Assembly: GCA_013115125.1 (NCBI GenBank)
Contig: JABANN010000214.1
Location: 1-52,576 of the forward strand
DNA from: Perkinsus olseni
Taxonomy: Eukaryota
Length of the DNA stretch: 52,576 nucleotides
Direction: 5' to 3'
Part shown: piece after piece, positions 11,726 through 24,667 of the stretch
Numbering within the stretch: position 1 is the first letter of the stretch
Layout of the letters: each line of letters starts with the position of its first letter
Made by a program: the position numbers and the translations under genes
Notes under the pieces: model-generated
The model's database searches: none
What the model was told of the DNA's origin: nothing
Seen by the model: the letters and a program-made list of their open reading frames with translations, nothing else

Positions 11726-13849
11726 CTATTTCCCCAACCGCTCTCGGAGTTGTTTCACCTGAACTCAGTTGTACTCTCAGAATTTGTTGGTGTACGCCAC
11801 CCACCCTTCCTTGGACGGCCATTAGAAGCTCTTCGGCGGCCTTCAATTGTCCTTCGTGGTTGCTTGGCTTTCTCTCTTCCTCTCGCAGCTTGCTGTAACT
11901 GCATAAATACCAGTTAGCAGCCCAAGGCCATTACTGGCCTACCTCAGGTGGATGGGAACCATCGGCGAAGGTATGCTGCTAGCTTTCTTGATGTCCCGCA
12001 GCCTTGCCTTTCTCGCCAGAGTCTCCTAACGTGATTAGTAACTCTCATTAAGGCAAGGTCTGACATGCACACTTCTTCCCAGGTTGAGTTCGGCTCTCTC
12101 CGGCTGCCGAAAAAACTCTGGAGAACGCCTCGAGCGATCGCTTCTGACCTGAAACGTACCCCCAAGCTCAACGCCAACAGACACATGAGCATTTTAGCTT
12201 AAAATAATGCTTACCCAGGCCCATGATTGCTAAGGAACTTGAGTTTCGCCGCCCTCCTGTTACCCATGAAGTCCTCAGTCGGCTCTTGGGTGAAACTCGT
12301 ATCCCCGTACTGCATGACATGACTGAAAATAGTCCGACGATAGCAAGAGGGGCAATTCTCGACTGAGCATCCGAATCACCTATCATTTGTCTCTTTTCTG
12401 ACCACATCATACTGATGCTGTAATGTCTCATTGTTATTTCTTGGGTCTTGTGTATCCTCATCCTCCATCCAGTTGACCGAAAAATGGTCTCCCAGGCAGG
12501 TCCCGAGGGAGACGTTGCCAACGACATCGTGCTGAAAATGAGCAAGACGTTATCAACCACATGCATGCGAGTGGGGAAAGTTGCACGGGGGAATTCTGTC
12601 CTACTGGAGTGCAGTAGGTGGCAAAGCTGGATTCATTCTCATTGGCGGCAGTGACATAATATCTACAAACCACGGCGGAATAAAAATAGCATCCTCAAGC
12701 TGAGGGCCCAATTAGCGTTTACTGGTTGGGAATAGTTGGCAGCCCATCGAACATACTGCCCGACTCGCAGGCCTCAACGTAGAAAACTAACTGTTTATAC
12801 CTGAACCCAAGAAACTTAGGAAAGTCTGTGCTGTTGGAGGCACACATTTTCTTGGTCTCCATAGCCTCCAGCCATGACCGAACTTGCTTCTTGCTGATCG
12901 ATGTGTCCAATAGTGCCAAGATTCCCGCTGAAAAGAAGGCTCGAGCTGAACCGCCGGGCCAATTCATAAATAATATCAGAACAGTTCGTATGGTATTAAG
13001 GCTTTTACAGTATAATACAAATAATATATAACAAGAACTGGAGATATAAATCTATTATAATTGATATTATTAGGAACATGAAGCTGCGAGCAGGGCAGAG
13101 GTCCCCTTACGCCCTCCATGATCCACGAAATTAATGAAGACGTAATCGTCCTTGGTGCTCTTCAAAACTCTCCCTGTAGCAAGCGAGGTATCTCCTGTCA
13201 GGACCTGCAGAGACGGGCCTCTTAGTATAGGTGGATGTAACTGGAACTGATCGCACCGCATGAGCGATGACACGATGCCATTGGCGTCACGGGGCGGAGG
13301 AACCTCTCGAAGATGGGCCAGCCTACCCCTTCCACATTTTTCACCGTGACCTCGTCATAGCTATAATCTACTTTGCAACCTTCGTAGACGTCCACGCCAG
13401 GATCGGTGCCTGGCATGGAGAGTAGCTCCATATTTGCGCAGCTGGCCCACCTGTTGGTTCGTTGAATAGTTTTCCGGGATAGGGGTTCATTGGGTCATTG
13501 ACGACGTCGTTGTACCTGGGGACCCACACTGTAGCATGCGCTGCTGCCGTTCATCCTCTGCTCACGAAAAGGTGATGATGTGTTCTTCCGGAATGCCATG
13601 CCTTTTGAGGATCTGATAGGCATGGCATATGTCAGCTTGATGGCGGTAGTTGTAGTAACCGTTAGAACCAGCGATGAGGACCTGATATCACGAATTAAGG
13701 CCATCGACAAGTTCAAGCTTCCATCCACAAAGCAGGTCAATCGTACGTACAGCCCAGTGATGCGACCCTGAATTATCGCCCAGCGGTTGCGAGACCCCAA
13801 TTGATGGGCTAATGCAGAGAAGTGCAGCAAACGCTACAGAGAGAGTCAT
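11726..13849 (-). CDS. Legumain / asparaginyl endopeptidase (peptidase C13, vacuolar-processing-enzyme-like), multi-exon, signal peptide
   Basis: Spliced motifs: [54 protein letters not shown] (catalytic His), [14 protein letters not shown] (catalytic Cys), [36 protein letters not shown]. Confidence 0.93.
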
Positions 13850-14139
13850 GCTGCAAGCAGAGATTGAAAAGTTCTGAGGGAGTTTAGGCAGCCTCTCTAT
13901 TCGTTCAGTTCGGAAAAGCCCCCCCTCCCTGGCGATCCCGAGCAAGATATAACGGGTGCACTATAACTCAGTATAGTGTGGCTATTTGAGATGGGGCTCA
14001 AAGAAAGGTAAAACCGGACTCGAGAGGAGTTCGGGAAACTGATGTAGTTGTTGGATTCAGAGTGAACGTATGCTCCATAGCATGACGAGGAACACACGTG
14101 TTCACTAAGACGAACGTACGTAGTACATACCATGAGCAA

Positions 14140-14286
14140 AGCCCGGCTATATTCCCGGGAATTTCCGGGAATTCCCGGGAAGAATCTCAACCATTCTCCC
14201 AGGGAATATTGAGCATTCTTTCTTCCCGGGAATTTTCGGAATTCCCGGTAAGAAAGAATAGCATTCTTCCCCGCTGGGCCACCCTA
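14140..14286. mobile_element. hAT-like MITE remnant built from TTCCCGGGAA palindromes
   Basis: Several copies or variants of TTCCCGGGAA; the right end reads TAGGGTGGCCC on the minus strand, resembling a hAT terminal repeat. Confidence 0.45.
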
Positions 14287-15018
14287 AGCGAAGGCGCACA
14301 AAGAGCAAGGTCGGTACGTAGCAGCAATGAAGGTAGTTGTCCCCACTTATAATTCATCGCTGAGTTCTACTCAGCGAGTGCGAATCCAAAGGCCACTCTA
14401 GCGGACGATCAGATGCCGCCAACACTGACGAGACATTCACTGCTCGAAAGCATCAAGATGAGCCACGCAAGCCCGGTTTTCGATAGACCAACTAGAGTGG
14501 TCACTGGCCGCTGGTCGGCACTGTGGTGGGCCGTGCGCACTCCGCACAATACAACTGTACGAACCGCGCGGTACGAACGTGGAAACTGGGGGACGCTGTC
14601 CCAGCTGTACCCCTTGGCATGCGGCGTACGACTCGTATGATACGAGATACATGGAGAATTCATGATGAGGACCGTGGACCACGGTGTCGACCCCGCGCAG
14701 ACTTTTAAGGGGCAGATTTCGATAAGATGTACCTTGGCGGCCTGAGGGCCTAAACAGAAGGTGATGGAATCACCGTGGTCCTCAGTAGATGAAAACAAGA
14801 GAGATTCGTATCGGTAAGGTGCTCCTGCCTCGGAGCTAATCAGTCATGGGTTGTAACGATCAAACTCACCTGACGTGAGTAATTGGACTGTAGTTTCTCT
14901 GTAGTAATTGGAAGTTTATGGAAAAGATGACCTGCTTGTGTTATACCAGCTTGTGTGACCAGTTACAGATCCGTCCTTACATTGGCGTGTGTCATGTAGT
15001 TGGTGTGAATTTATCAGC

Positions 15019-18000
15019 ATGGGTTTGTATTCTCCCTGCTTGCTTGCTTCTCTGGCCTGTATCGGGGATGCCTGCAGCTTTCTATTCGCCAACTTCCCTG
15101 TGAGCGATTTGGACGCCCAGAGGGTTAATAGATGGATGAAGCGCCGCGGACCCGACACCACAAACGTATGGCGAGATGCACATGGCAAGTGAGTCACGCA
15201 CGAAAGCAAACTCTCTCCTATGATATGATCTGCCCGGGGCTCGCGCTCTCCTGACTTGTTCTGCCGTATCAAGCCCTGCTCACAAGCTCGCTGTGAGCAG
15301 AGCTCGACCTTAATACGAACGAGCCATGGTCTTCACCGATTTCAGATACACGTACGTCCACAATCTACTCCACATGACGGGAGAAGTCGTGCAACAGCCA
15401 CTACGGTAGGCTAGTTCAACACTCAGCGAAGGGTGTATTGTCTTATTATACGTGATAATTTTCCTTGATGTCCCAAGTGACGGCTCCCACTGAGCCTCAA
15501 GGCTCCGGCTAAGACACATCACGTCTCCGTGGCGCCTGATGACTTTACACTCATGTGACGTCAGCATTATTCTTGAAATGAGTACCGAACACATTCTTAG
15601 AAGAATTCTGAACACAACAAGAACACAGTGAAGAACATAAACACAGAGTTTGTGTTCTCCTGCCGTAAGACAACTGCGCATTCCCCCACGCGCACGTACA
15701 CAATCCTATGTTATCACCTGTTGACCCTACGATACCATTGAATCCTACGAGACCGAATGTTGATCCCACGATACCCTCAAATCCTACGATACCCCCCGTT
15801 CATCCTATGACACCATATGACCCCTCTACGACACCATTTGACCCTGCTACGATACCTGATAACGATTCTACGGCACCAGTCAGTTCTAACTCTTCAATTA
15901 ACCCTGTCACGGTTTCGGCTTCTGGGACGCGCTCTTTGAGTGCGGGACGGGGTCCGGCGCAGGATGCGGTCGAAAATATTGAGGGGCGTATATTTGGTGG
16001 TCGGGTTCCTCCTGGTAGAACTCGCCTAAATAATGGGGGGTAGGCCTTTCTTTTTTCCAGCTCGGATGACGAGGATATGGTAGCATTGTTCAACGGTGAA
16101 ATTTACAACTGGGAGGAGCTGGCAGAAGGGAACGATTCTATCATATCAGACGGGCAGGTTATTCTCCCCCTCTACAGGTTCGAGTGTCCATGCATGAACC
16201 GCGTGGAGTGTACCGCTCAGGGACCTTGGCATCGACGAATTTGTTCGTCACCTTGATGGTGAATTTGCGATTCTGCTCCATGACAGAACCAGCAGCGAAA
16301 TCACTTTGGCTGTTGATACCTTCAGCACAAAGCCACTCTGGTGAGGATCTTAAAGAACGCTCTCTTATCGACGGCAAGGTGACGAACGTTCACCGCCTGC
16401 TTTTTACGATGTGCAGTTTGACACGTTGAGTTCTATACCCTAGGCTAGGGTCCCTAGCTACGAACTAGTCCGCGCTGCCCATCAGATCCCTCAGAAAAGA
16501 CCTGCCGAACCTCTGCGTCACCGGCGGCCTCGGTCAGGTTCGCTAGGGAAGGCTCTCGTTTCGCCGCGGCAACATACAAAAGTGCCTTATATGCCTTGGG
16601 GTTCATCGTGAGTTGCCCGCCGCTCGTACAGTTCTGTATCCTCGGAAGCTTTTCAGGACGCCAGTTCACGAATGGTCAGTCCTAATAGGGTCCTGGTTTT
16701 CGTGGAAGACGATTCAGGCAACGTAGATCTCTCCCGTACGATAACCGTCACAGAGTTCGACATAAGGCAGTACAAGGTGATAACCTGGCCGTTCACCGAG
16801 AGTTGCTGGGTCGTCTTGATCCCATTCCTCATCAGAGGATGATCTCATGTGGATCACAGAGTGAAACAAGGAGCTCACCGCCTTTAGATTCTAAGGCTCA
16901 GAACTCGACGGATACTGTGACATATTGACCTATTGAACTCACGCTCAATGGCTTACGCTAGAGCAAAGGGCACTAAGATATCACTAACGGGCTCACGCCA
17001 TAGAGACAGATCGAACACAATGGCGTACCCAAATGAACAATGATTGGAAAGGCGGTTCACTAAAGAGAGTGTGCATCTGATTATCGCTTGAATGCAGAAG
17101 TCTACGGCCGACTTTGAGACCGCTTTCATCGATGCGCTGAGGAAGAGAACGCGTGCCGTTCGGCATCCCATTTTCATCGGGCTCAGCAGCGGGTAGGCGT
17201 CTGCAATAAGGGAGCTATCGTGAGCCGGAATACTGCTATTCGCACTCAGTCACGACTCGGGAGCTATCCATCTCGGCCTCTTACACTTGGGATTGCACCA
17301 CACCGCAGTGACCATTTCGGGCGACGAGGACCTCACTGTCGTTGAGAACAGGTGCGAAAACAGCAGCGTCTGCGCGATGCACTACTAGTTCAGTAGACCT
17401 GAGTTCCCGATTCAGGGTCAATCAAGGGTCCGATCTAAATGAACACTGGCTGCTTGCGATTTCGAGCCGAGACGACGAGGATGAGGCCAACTGGGTGGAA
17501 GCCGAGGTTGAGCACTTCAACTACACACATGAGGCGTACCTTAGTTGCGACTTTAGTGCCCTCAAAGTCGGCGATTTTTCAGTGACCTTCCGCCTTCCTT
17601 ATCCACCGACCAGGCTTCTAGAGGCCTCTCACTCATCTGCAGGCATATGCGTGATCAGGGTAAGCACAAGGTGAACGAACAGCAATACCAGCTCAGACTC
17701 GTCCCGCGCATAAAAGTTCGCTCATTGTTGATCCATCCCATCTTCAAGGCGCATTGGTGTACCTCTCGGGGACGGGAGGTGACGAGGTCTTGTCCGACTA
17801 CGCCTTCAATGGCACGAGGTTCGGAGCTCAGTCGCAGTTCGGCGGCCTTTGGCCAAGGGATCTCCATAGTATCTTCCCTTGGGGCACGTTATTTCTGAGT
17901 ACGCAAAGGGACTACTTGATGAAAGAGGTGTGTGACGCACTCGCGCCCTGCAGGACTCGTCACTTCTTGCTCAGGAGCTGGTGGCCGGCTCACATGGTGT

Positions 18001-18246
18001 CGAAGGCCGTTACCCCTTCTTGGACCGCCGAGTGGTGCAAGAATGGCTATGGCTCTCGGCAGATGTGAAGAACTCAGCATACAAGGTTCACACTACCGGG
18101 CCCTGACACAGCGAGGGCGATTTCAGGCTCCGTTGAAAGTTCTGTTCGATACACTCAATTATCCCTATTTACCGACCAAGGTCGGCTTCTCTGTGATGTC
18201 GAGGCAACTGCCCTCTGACGAGCCAGTGAGCTACCATACTCTGTGA
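15019..18246 (+). CDS. Asparagine synthetase (glutamine-hydrolysing)-like amidotransferase with N-terminal signal peptide, about 13 exons
   Basis: Spliced motifs: CSFLFAN..RRGPD, HNLLHMTG..QP, LFNGEIYN, LDGEFAI, DTFSTKPLW, IGLSSGHDSG (PP-loop), VYLSGTGGDE, EGRYPFLD, K-x-GF; stop at 18244-18246. Confidence 0.9.
15708..16043 (+). other. Pro/Thr-rich repeat ORF nested in intron 2 of the AsnB-like gene (possible retroelement remnant)
   Basis: ATG-initiated 111-aa ORF with DPTIP/NPT repeats lying between AsnB-like exons 2 (ends about 15405) and 3 (starts 16061). Confidence 0.3.
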
Positions 18247-19357
18247 TTACGAGGCAGAGTGGTTCAGCTTAGACCCACATATGGAAGTCCCACCTACATG
18301 CACCTCGGTTTTGTCCTCCGCCATTGCCGACAGATCTCATCTCAAAGGGAGTGCATTATGTGCGTCCATCGTAACTTGGAATCACAGTTAATTCGGCCCA
18401 CTTCTGCACGGCTTTCCACGTGCCATGGGGTCCTAGCATCATCTAAGAAGGCGAGCTAGCTTCATGAGCACATATTGATGTGTACCGCGCGCCCGTTCAG
18501 TCGGCGCAATCGCTCGAACTGCCAGGCTGGAATGCGAAGATTTTTTATCCTCGCATCAGCAACATGTTCCTGCCATTGTAGGCGTGCCCTGCGGGTGGAA
18601 TCAGTTCTCCTTGGGGAGACAATAGATGCTCCCTCGCTACCTGTCAGAGCGGCCGTGTTCTCGTAGAGAATACCATGAGGTGCACCCACATGGGTGAGCC
18701 AAATAGCTCTTTCTAACTCATGCTCTGGAGCCCTTCGGTGCTCATCAGGCACATGGACGGGCCAAGTAATCTGCCAAGATGCACGCCCAGAAGCAGAAGT
18801 GTGGCCGACCCTTCAACCGCCCAAACCTGTTATAGAACACATCGAACAACTCCCCTCACCACAAATGGTAGCGGCGTAACTGGAAACTGCGTCACATCTC
18901 AATAAGGCGTCCGACTCTCTCGACATTCGGTGAAGCAATCAACCTGGATAATCTCTTTAATGTTATTCCCTATCAGCACAATGACGTCGTGTGACACGAA
19001 ACCGTGACGGCCTCCCAATCGCTTGCTGAGTGTATTACGGTTGTTCGGAGAGTTCAGCCATTACTTCTCGATAGTGTTCCCGCTGTTTTTTCGTCTAATC
19101 TTTTTATCAGGGAGCCCGAAGCGACTTGCCGGTTACATGCTCATTTCCTAGTCTTTGAGCTATTCTTGGACGTTTTGCCGCAACGTCTCGACAAATACAC
19201 TACTTTCTTCATAACCGTTATGGCCGTTATTATATAAGTCCTCGGATATGACGTCTTCGAACGATCGTCGATTCGACGATCGTTTTACCCTATTGGGTAC
19301 GATGCGACCTTATTTTTGAATACTATGGCAGAGGAACTCGTCTGAGTCGACAACCCG

Positions 19358-22300
19358 ATGGTTCAAGTTCTTAAGGGCTACGCCGTTGCCCAAGTCCAAC
19401 CCCTGTGAGAAACCGCTGAGCCACCGCCTCTCTCACGCGGCATGCACACACAGCACAGACCTCATGATAGATTGGCTCGAGGGTATCCGACTCACATTAT
19501 CCACCGTACTGTCAGAGCGCTGTCTTGGTAGTCAAAGACGCTATGCGGGGGGCTGCCGAAGCAGCTCAAAAAGGCGACCTTGCTTCTTTCGTGAACGAGA
19601 AGATCCTACCCTCTATAATAAGATACCACAATATACTGGCGTTCCACGATGGCCCAATGGCCACGGACTGTAAAACAGCGTGCGAGTAGCGAGTCGGGTC
19701 ATACTTTGTCCGTATCAGGTCTGATAGGGTTGCTAACCATGAGGATATTCGCGTTCGCGATTCTGACAGATTCAGAAGGCACGTCAACGAACGAATTTGA
19801 CGAGTGAGCTCCCTCGGTTGTTTGGTCGAAGTTGCGGGGGAAGTTGCTTCCGTTTTGCAGGAAGTTCAGTCCTCAATTCGTCCAACTCCTCGAGAATCTC
19901 ACTCTGGGTGAAATCGTCATGTCCGGCTGGGCAAGAGGGCTCTTCGAATTTCTCCTGCTCGCCTTCGAGAGGCTGGGGCTGGTTGACAGGGGTGCTGTCG
20001 GCGGCGCGTGCTCACAAGTATGCTGCACACTTTTCTCTGTGGTTCTATTATAAATGTTTGCCTTCTCGACAGACTCGATGCTCCCGCGAGTAATCGACGC
20101 GAGCTTTACTCGCTCATTGTCGAGTAAAAATGATTCTCCGAACAAGGTTTTTGCCCTCTATTTAGGACTTCCAAGATGAGAGCTCCCGGGCAAACTGTTT
20201 TTACAAGAGAGTTCTATCTGCGGTAAGTAATGCGTAACGGACTCTATCGCTAGAAGCACGACGTGCTTAGCACGTCCGCTAGGCCTTTTTCAGGCTAATG
20301 ATGGAGACGTTTATCGAGTGCTGGGGGACGTCAATGTCGAACTGTATGACACTCTTCAGGATTCGAGCTTATCAGAGTTATCAGAGCGATGCGCTTCTCG
20401 GGAACGCCGCCGCCTTTCAGAGTCCGATGAACTCGTGGTCACGACGGGCTTTTCTTCAGGTTTCGCCGGTCTTGTGGAGAGCGATCGTGAAATCCTCCGC
20501 CATATTGAGACCCGAAGCAGATGTCCAACCAGCAAGCCCATCGCTCGCTTGCCCTCTTGGAAGAACTTCTTACCCGATTGACCCCAGCCGTTGGGAATGC
20601 AAAGCCCTGACACGACGATCAACATCCCCAAGCTCCTATAGGTGAATGCTGGGCTATCGTACCAAGTTGGTACGACAACGAGATCAGTATGCGAGTTAGG
20701 CGGGGTGGGTCATTAGCTGAACCGGGTGAAAGGCGATGCACCACTCCTTATCCAACTTCGACGGTGGATAGTATTTTTTTCCATGAGTTTCTTTGCTGGA
20801 ATCGTTCCGAGACTCGACAAAGATGTCGAGAGGGCAAAGCTTGACAGACATTTGCCGCTGTTTTCGCTCAATCCTTCTCTTTACCCAAGGCCCGTTCCCT
20901 TATTCGGAACCGACTGTCTCTCGGCGAGGGCAGTTGGTCGGGAGTGCGGGAGAGGACCAAGCACTGTGAACCCGAGGCCCGAACCCTTTCAGGGTCTCGC
21001 CTTGGGGTAGAACCATATAGCGTACGGCAAGAAATTCCCTGGTTCATGAGAAATTCACCGTCGAAGTGGATAGTAGGTAGCGGGTTACCCTTCATATCTC
21101 TCCACGTCCGACCAGCCAGATCTACTGTTATTCCATTGGGGCGGTCTTGCATACACATTGGCTTTTTGTCAATCGTCGGTCTAGTGGACCGACGTTTGAA
21201 ATACAGGCTCTCGAGTACCTGTAGTACGGGCTCTCATGACGGATGTCTCTGGTGGACAAGGCGTCAATGTCAACGATAGATATCTTTGGACTTTTTGCTC
21301 CCGCTTGGTAGAACTCTGCAGGTACTGCATATTTATGACGGATTCTAGGGCGGTTGAAACCGTCGGTGTAGCGAAAATGAGCAATGCCTCGGTGGTAACG
21401 CTCACGTATGAAGCGAACAAGCTTTACTGTAAGATACTCGGTAATTGCGGCGTATATTTCAACGTAAGATCGTCCTTGACTGCCTCGGGCTAGATTTTCT
21501 CGTAGGTGCCTGATTCGGTTGCCGACTACCCAGAGAGGAAGGTTGGCTGGGGCAAGATCTCGGTGATGATACGCGAGATGAGTCGGAGAGAAGAGGAGTG
21601 CGAGTTCGGTGTCTCCATAGACACTGATGCCTACTTCAGTGAGCCATGATATTTACATAAGCGGATTGGCAGAGCTCAATGAAATGGCGCATGTTGAACT
21701 TCAAGTCGCAGTCTCCATTGGAGACTCTCCAACTTGTCGGCATTCGCCAACACTCTGCTAGATTCTAGCAGCTAGAAGACTTTTCGGAGCCACACTGTAT
21801 AGCCTCTCTCGTGCGACGGAGTAACCCACATGTCGTACGACCAACTGGAAGGATCTACCCCGCCCTTGTGGTCAATTTCAGGCTGAGCGTTTCAGCCCGA
21901 AATTTTCAGGGACACGCGAGAATCTCGATAATATCGTTGAAGACTTCGAATTAGATGGGCCCAAGCTCGTGGGGATAGCAGAAGAGTTTCATCAGGAAGA
22001 GCTAGGTCAGTAGGATAATCGCGGGCAGGGCATTCTCAATTCGTCGTCGTTCAGAGTTCGAAGACTCTTTTCCCCGAGGACACGGCATTGGTTCTTTTTT
22101 CATTGTCCGAAATCATGAAGAGGGACGGCAAATACTCCGAGAATGGTGAGCCATCAGACTCGGCGGGGTGTCTGATAAACTGGGAAGCTCCTTGTCGAAA
22201 TACAACGGTCGTTGAAACCGGGCCCTGAGGCGTTCCGAAGAGGCGTGTAGTCCAAAGTCATTTCTCAAAAGTCTTTCCGGGTATCATCTGGTGAGTAACA

Positions 22301-23359
22301 GCAGAGACGAGATAGTCGCTGCTTTCCTCCTCGATCCCACACTCATGTTGGCAGCCTTTGTGACGAGCCTTGCGCGGGCAGTTTGATCGTAGTATTGAAC
22401 AATATGCCCGATGCCAATTGACGGCGCAATGGGGCCGCTATGTCAACTGATGACTACAGTGAGGCCGCTGTGCCAGGGCTTGGCCACATTGAGTCCGCCA
22501 TTCGGCATAGCCCACGTCAGGTCTCGGCCGCAGTTGGGCAACCATGACAGGTCTCGGGCGCAGTGGGACCTCTCGGGAGTCTGCAGAGACCAGCAATCAG
22601 ATTGATCTCCAACCTCGTGACTTCACTGCTGCTGAGTGCGGTTGTGAATGAAGCCTAGTCCAGGCGCTGAGCAGAAATACAACCATCCTGATTCAGAGCA
22701 AATCCGTAACACTTCATACTATGGAATATCTGTACTGACTCAGTGAAATACGGGATCAATAGGCGCCATTGACGCTTGCATATCCGCCCTCGTTGACCGC
22801 GACGATTGCAGAGAAAGTGGAATGCTGCATTTTCCACTACAGACTGTCTGTAGTGTGTCGTAACCTTGAAATTCTTCAGACGAGGGCTTGCCACTTAAGC
22901 TCGTCCGATTAGAGCGAAGAAGCTCTCGTTGCGTGAGTCATGACACGTGAACAGGAGTGCAGCTTCCCTGTTAATTCTAGCGAGCCGCTTCGAAACTTTC
23001 CAGGTACGATGCTCCTGTGAAATATGATTCTCACCGTAGATTGCTCAAGGAGAACCCGCAAGGACTCAACTTCTGTTGGGATACCATCGTGCACGACTCT
23101 TACACGGCTAAAGTACTTTAGAGCCTTCACGATGGCTCCCTTTTTGACTGTGTCTGTTTTTTAGATAGCTTATTTTCCGCCACATCTGTTCTCGGCGCCC
23201 CAGAGCCTGCTAGTAGAGCATAATTGGTTCAAGGACGAAGCTTTCCGTCAAAAACTGATCCGACACATTCGAGCATCTCAAGTACTTTCTATTCACAGTA
23301 CACAAATATTAAGTGCCTGTTTGCTTCGGTAGGGGCAGTCTAAACGTTCCATCATGTAA
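19358..23359 (+). CDS. Multi-exon GT34-like (galactosyl/xylosyl/mannosyl-transferase, GT-A fold) glycosyltransferase; start uncertain
   Basis: Spliced exons give 'TYEANKLYC', 'KVGWGKISVM', 'VSIDTDAYF' (DxD), 'GSFFIVRNHEEGRQILREW', 'LLVEHNWFK'. Upstream exons from about 19360 appear phase-compatible but are less certain. Confidence 0.65.
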
Positions 23360-23529
23360 AAGCATGTTCATGTCCGCGGATTCGGGACACACTGTGTCCG
23401 ACACAGACATATTGTCTCCCTTGTGTTTTTGAATCATTTCTCTGTGATATCTTGCCAGCGTTGCGTACCATTCGGGAGACGCCATGGATAGTTTTCTGTA
23501 CCACCGGAGCGCAGCCCACGGAAGGACCA

Positions 23530-23885
23530 GACTCACGCGGGTTTCTATGAGTGACTTTTTCTCCGCGAGTGAAACCTCTGAGTGTGGGGAGGGGGAGTGG
23601 GGCGTGCGAGCACCGGAACCTGAGGCAAGCGCAGTTCCGTGAGAGAGCTCTCGGAACCGCCGAAACCCAAGCGATCACGGACTTGTAGGCCCATGAAAGC
23701 CGAGTATTCGACCAAGCACCTTGCCCTGGTAACGGTGCTAGACACGTCCAGCCCGCCCCATCCTTTGAATGGTGACGAGCTCACCCACACTCTCGGTTTT
23801 GCAGGGTTCAGGGAGGGTGGCTAAAACGAAAAGAGAGGACTGGCGGCGCGACCCACGCGTCTCCGCAGGGACGCAGCCGTCTTCC
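23530..23885 (+). ncRNA. Unassigned structured RNA-like element, copy B
   Basis: Same motifs as copy A in the same order (TGAAACCTCTGA, GAC.CGTCCAGCC, GCTCACCC.CA..CTCGGTTT, AAGAGAGG, CGCGTCTCCGCAGG); stem GAGTGTGGG (23580-23588) / CCCACACTC (23784-23792). Confidence 0.5.
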
Positions 23886-24667
23886 TCCCGAATATAAATG
23901 AGTCAAATCAACTCAAGTAGCCGAAGACAGAAACAGAGTCTGATACTAGCGCTGGCTGTGCAGCTGGTGTCCCACTGCTGCACCTTTGTGTCGAATGTCC
24001 CCACACGGCCGGCTTCACCGACGGTATGTGACTTCGTCCATACCTTCACATGACGGTCGACGTGTTGGCGAATCCAACCGCAGGCTGGGACAAATCGGGA
24101 CACAAGCCCATTTGTGACTCGCTTTTTCGGTTGGTCTGTAGAGTTTGCGGCTTTGAAATCAAAGGTTGATCGTGGTGAATCTCACGGCGTGTTGAAATTG
24201 GAACTTCGACTGTGATATCCAGCTCGCGTCGCTAGTCTAGCAGGGCCAGCCTAAAGGTTCCTCGAGCGAGAAAAGCAGAAGGTTCAGTGTGGTTTTTCTC
24301 TCTCGCCAAGATCATCTCGGAGGCTTCACGTCAGAATACTATTGATCTCATGTCTGTTTAGTGATCGCTCTCAACTTTGGATACCCCGAAAATGCCACAG
24401 ACAGGCGCAACACAAGACCAAGCCCTAAGATACGATCAGAAGTGTTGAGGTTGATGGAACACACTCTCGGAACTATACTGGATCCGTAGAACAGACCAAT
24501 ACGATAGGCAGAATTGGGAAAGCGTCAAGTGCCGAGCTCAAAAAGCTCGATCATGAGTGTCAAGATAGATCATGACGGATCCGCATGGTGAGGTGGTCGG
24601 GGCAGAGTCATTCATCCGATCATCAAAAATAGGGTACCCGTATTAGTGCCCCCCCCGCGAGGCTTCC

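Noticed and set aside
18460-18860. Protein kinase pseudogene ('GELFDVF' on the minus strand)
   Set aside because: No recognisable HRD/DFG motifs; evidence too weak.
23800-23815. Telomerase template CCCTGAACCCT on the minus strand
   Set aside because: Not conserved in copy A, and folding evidence mostly favours the + strand. Not excluded without a covariance-model search.
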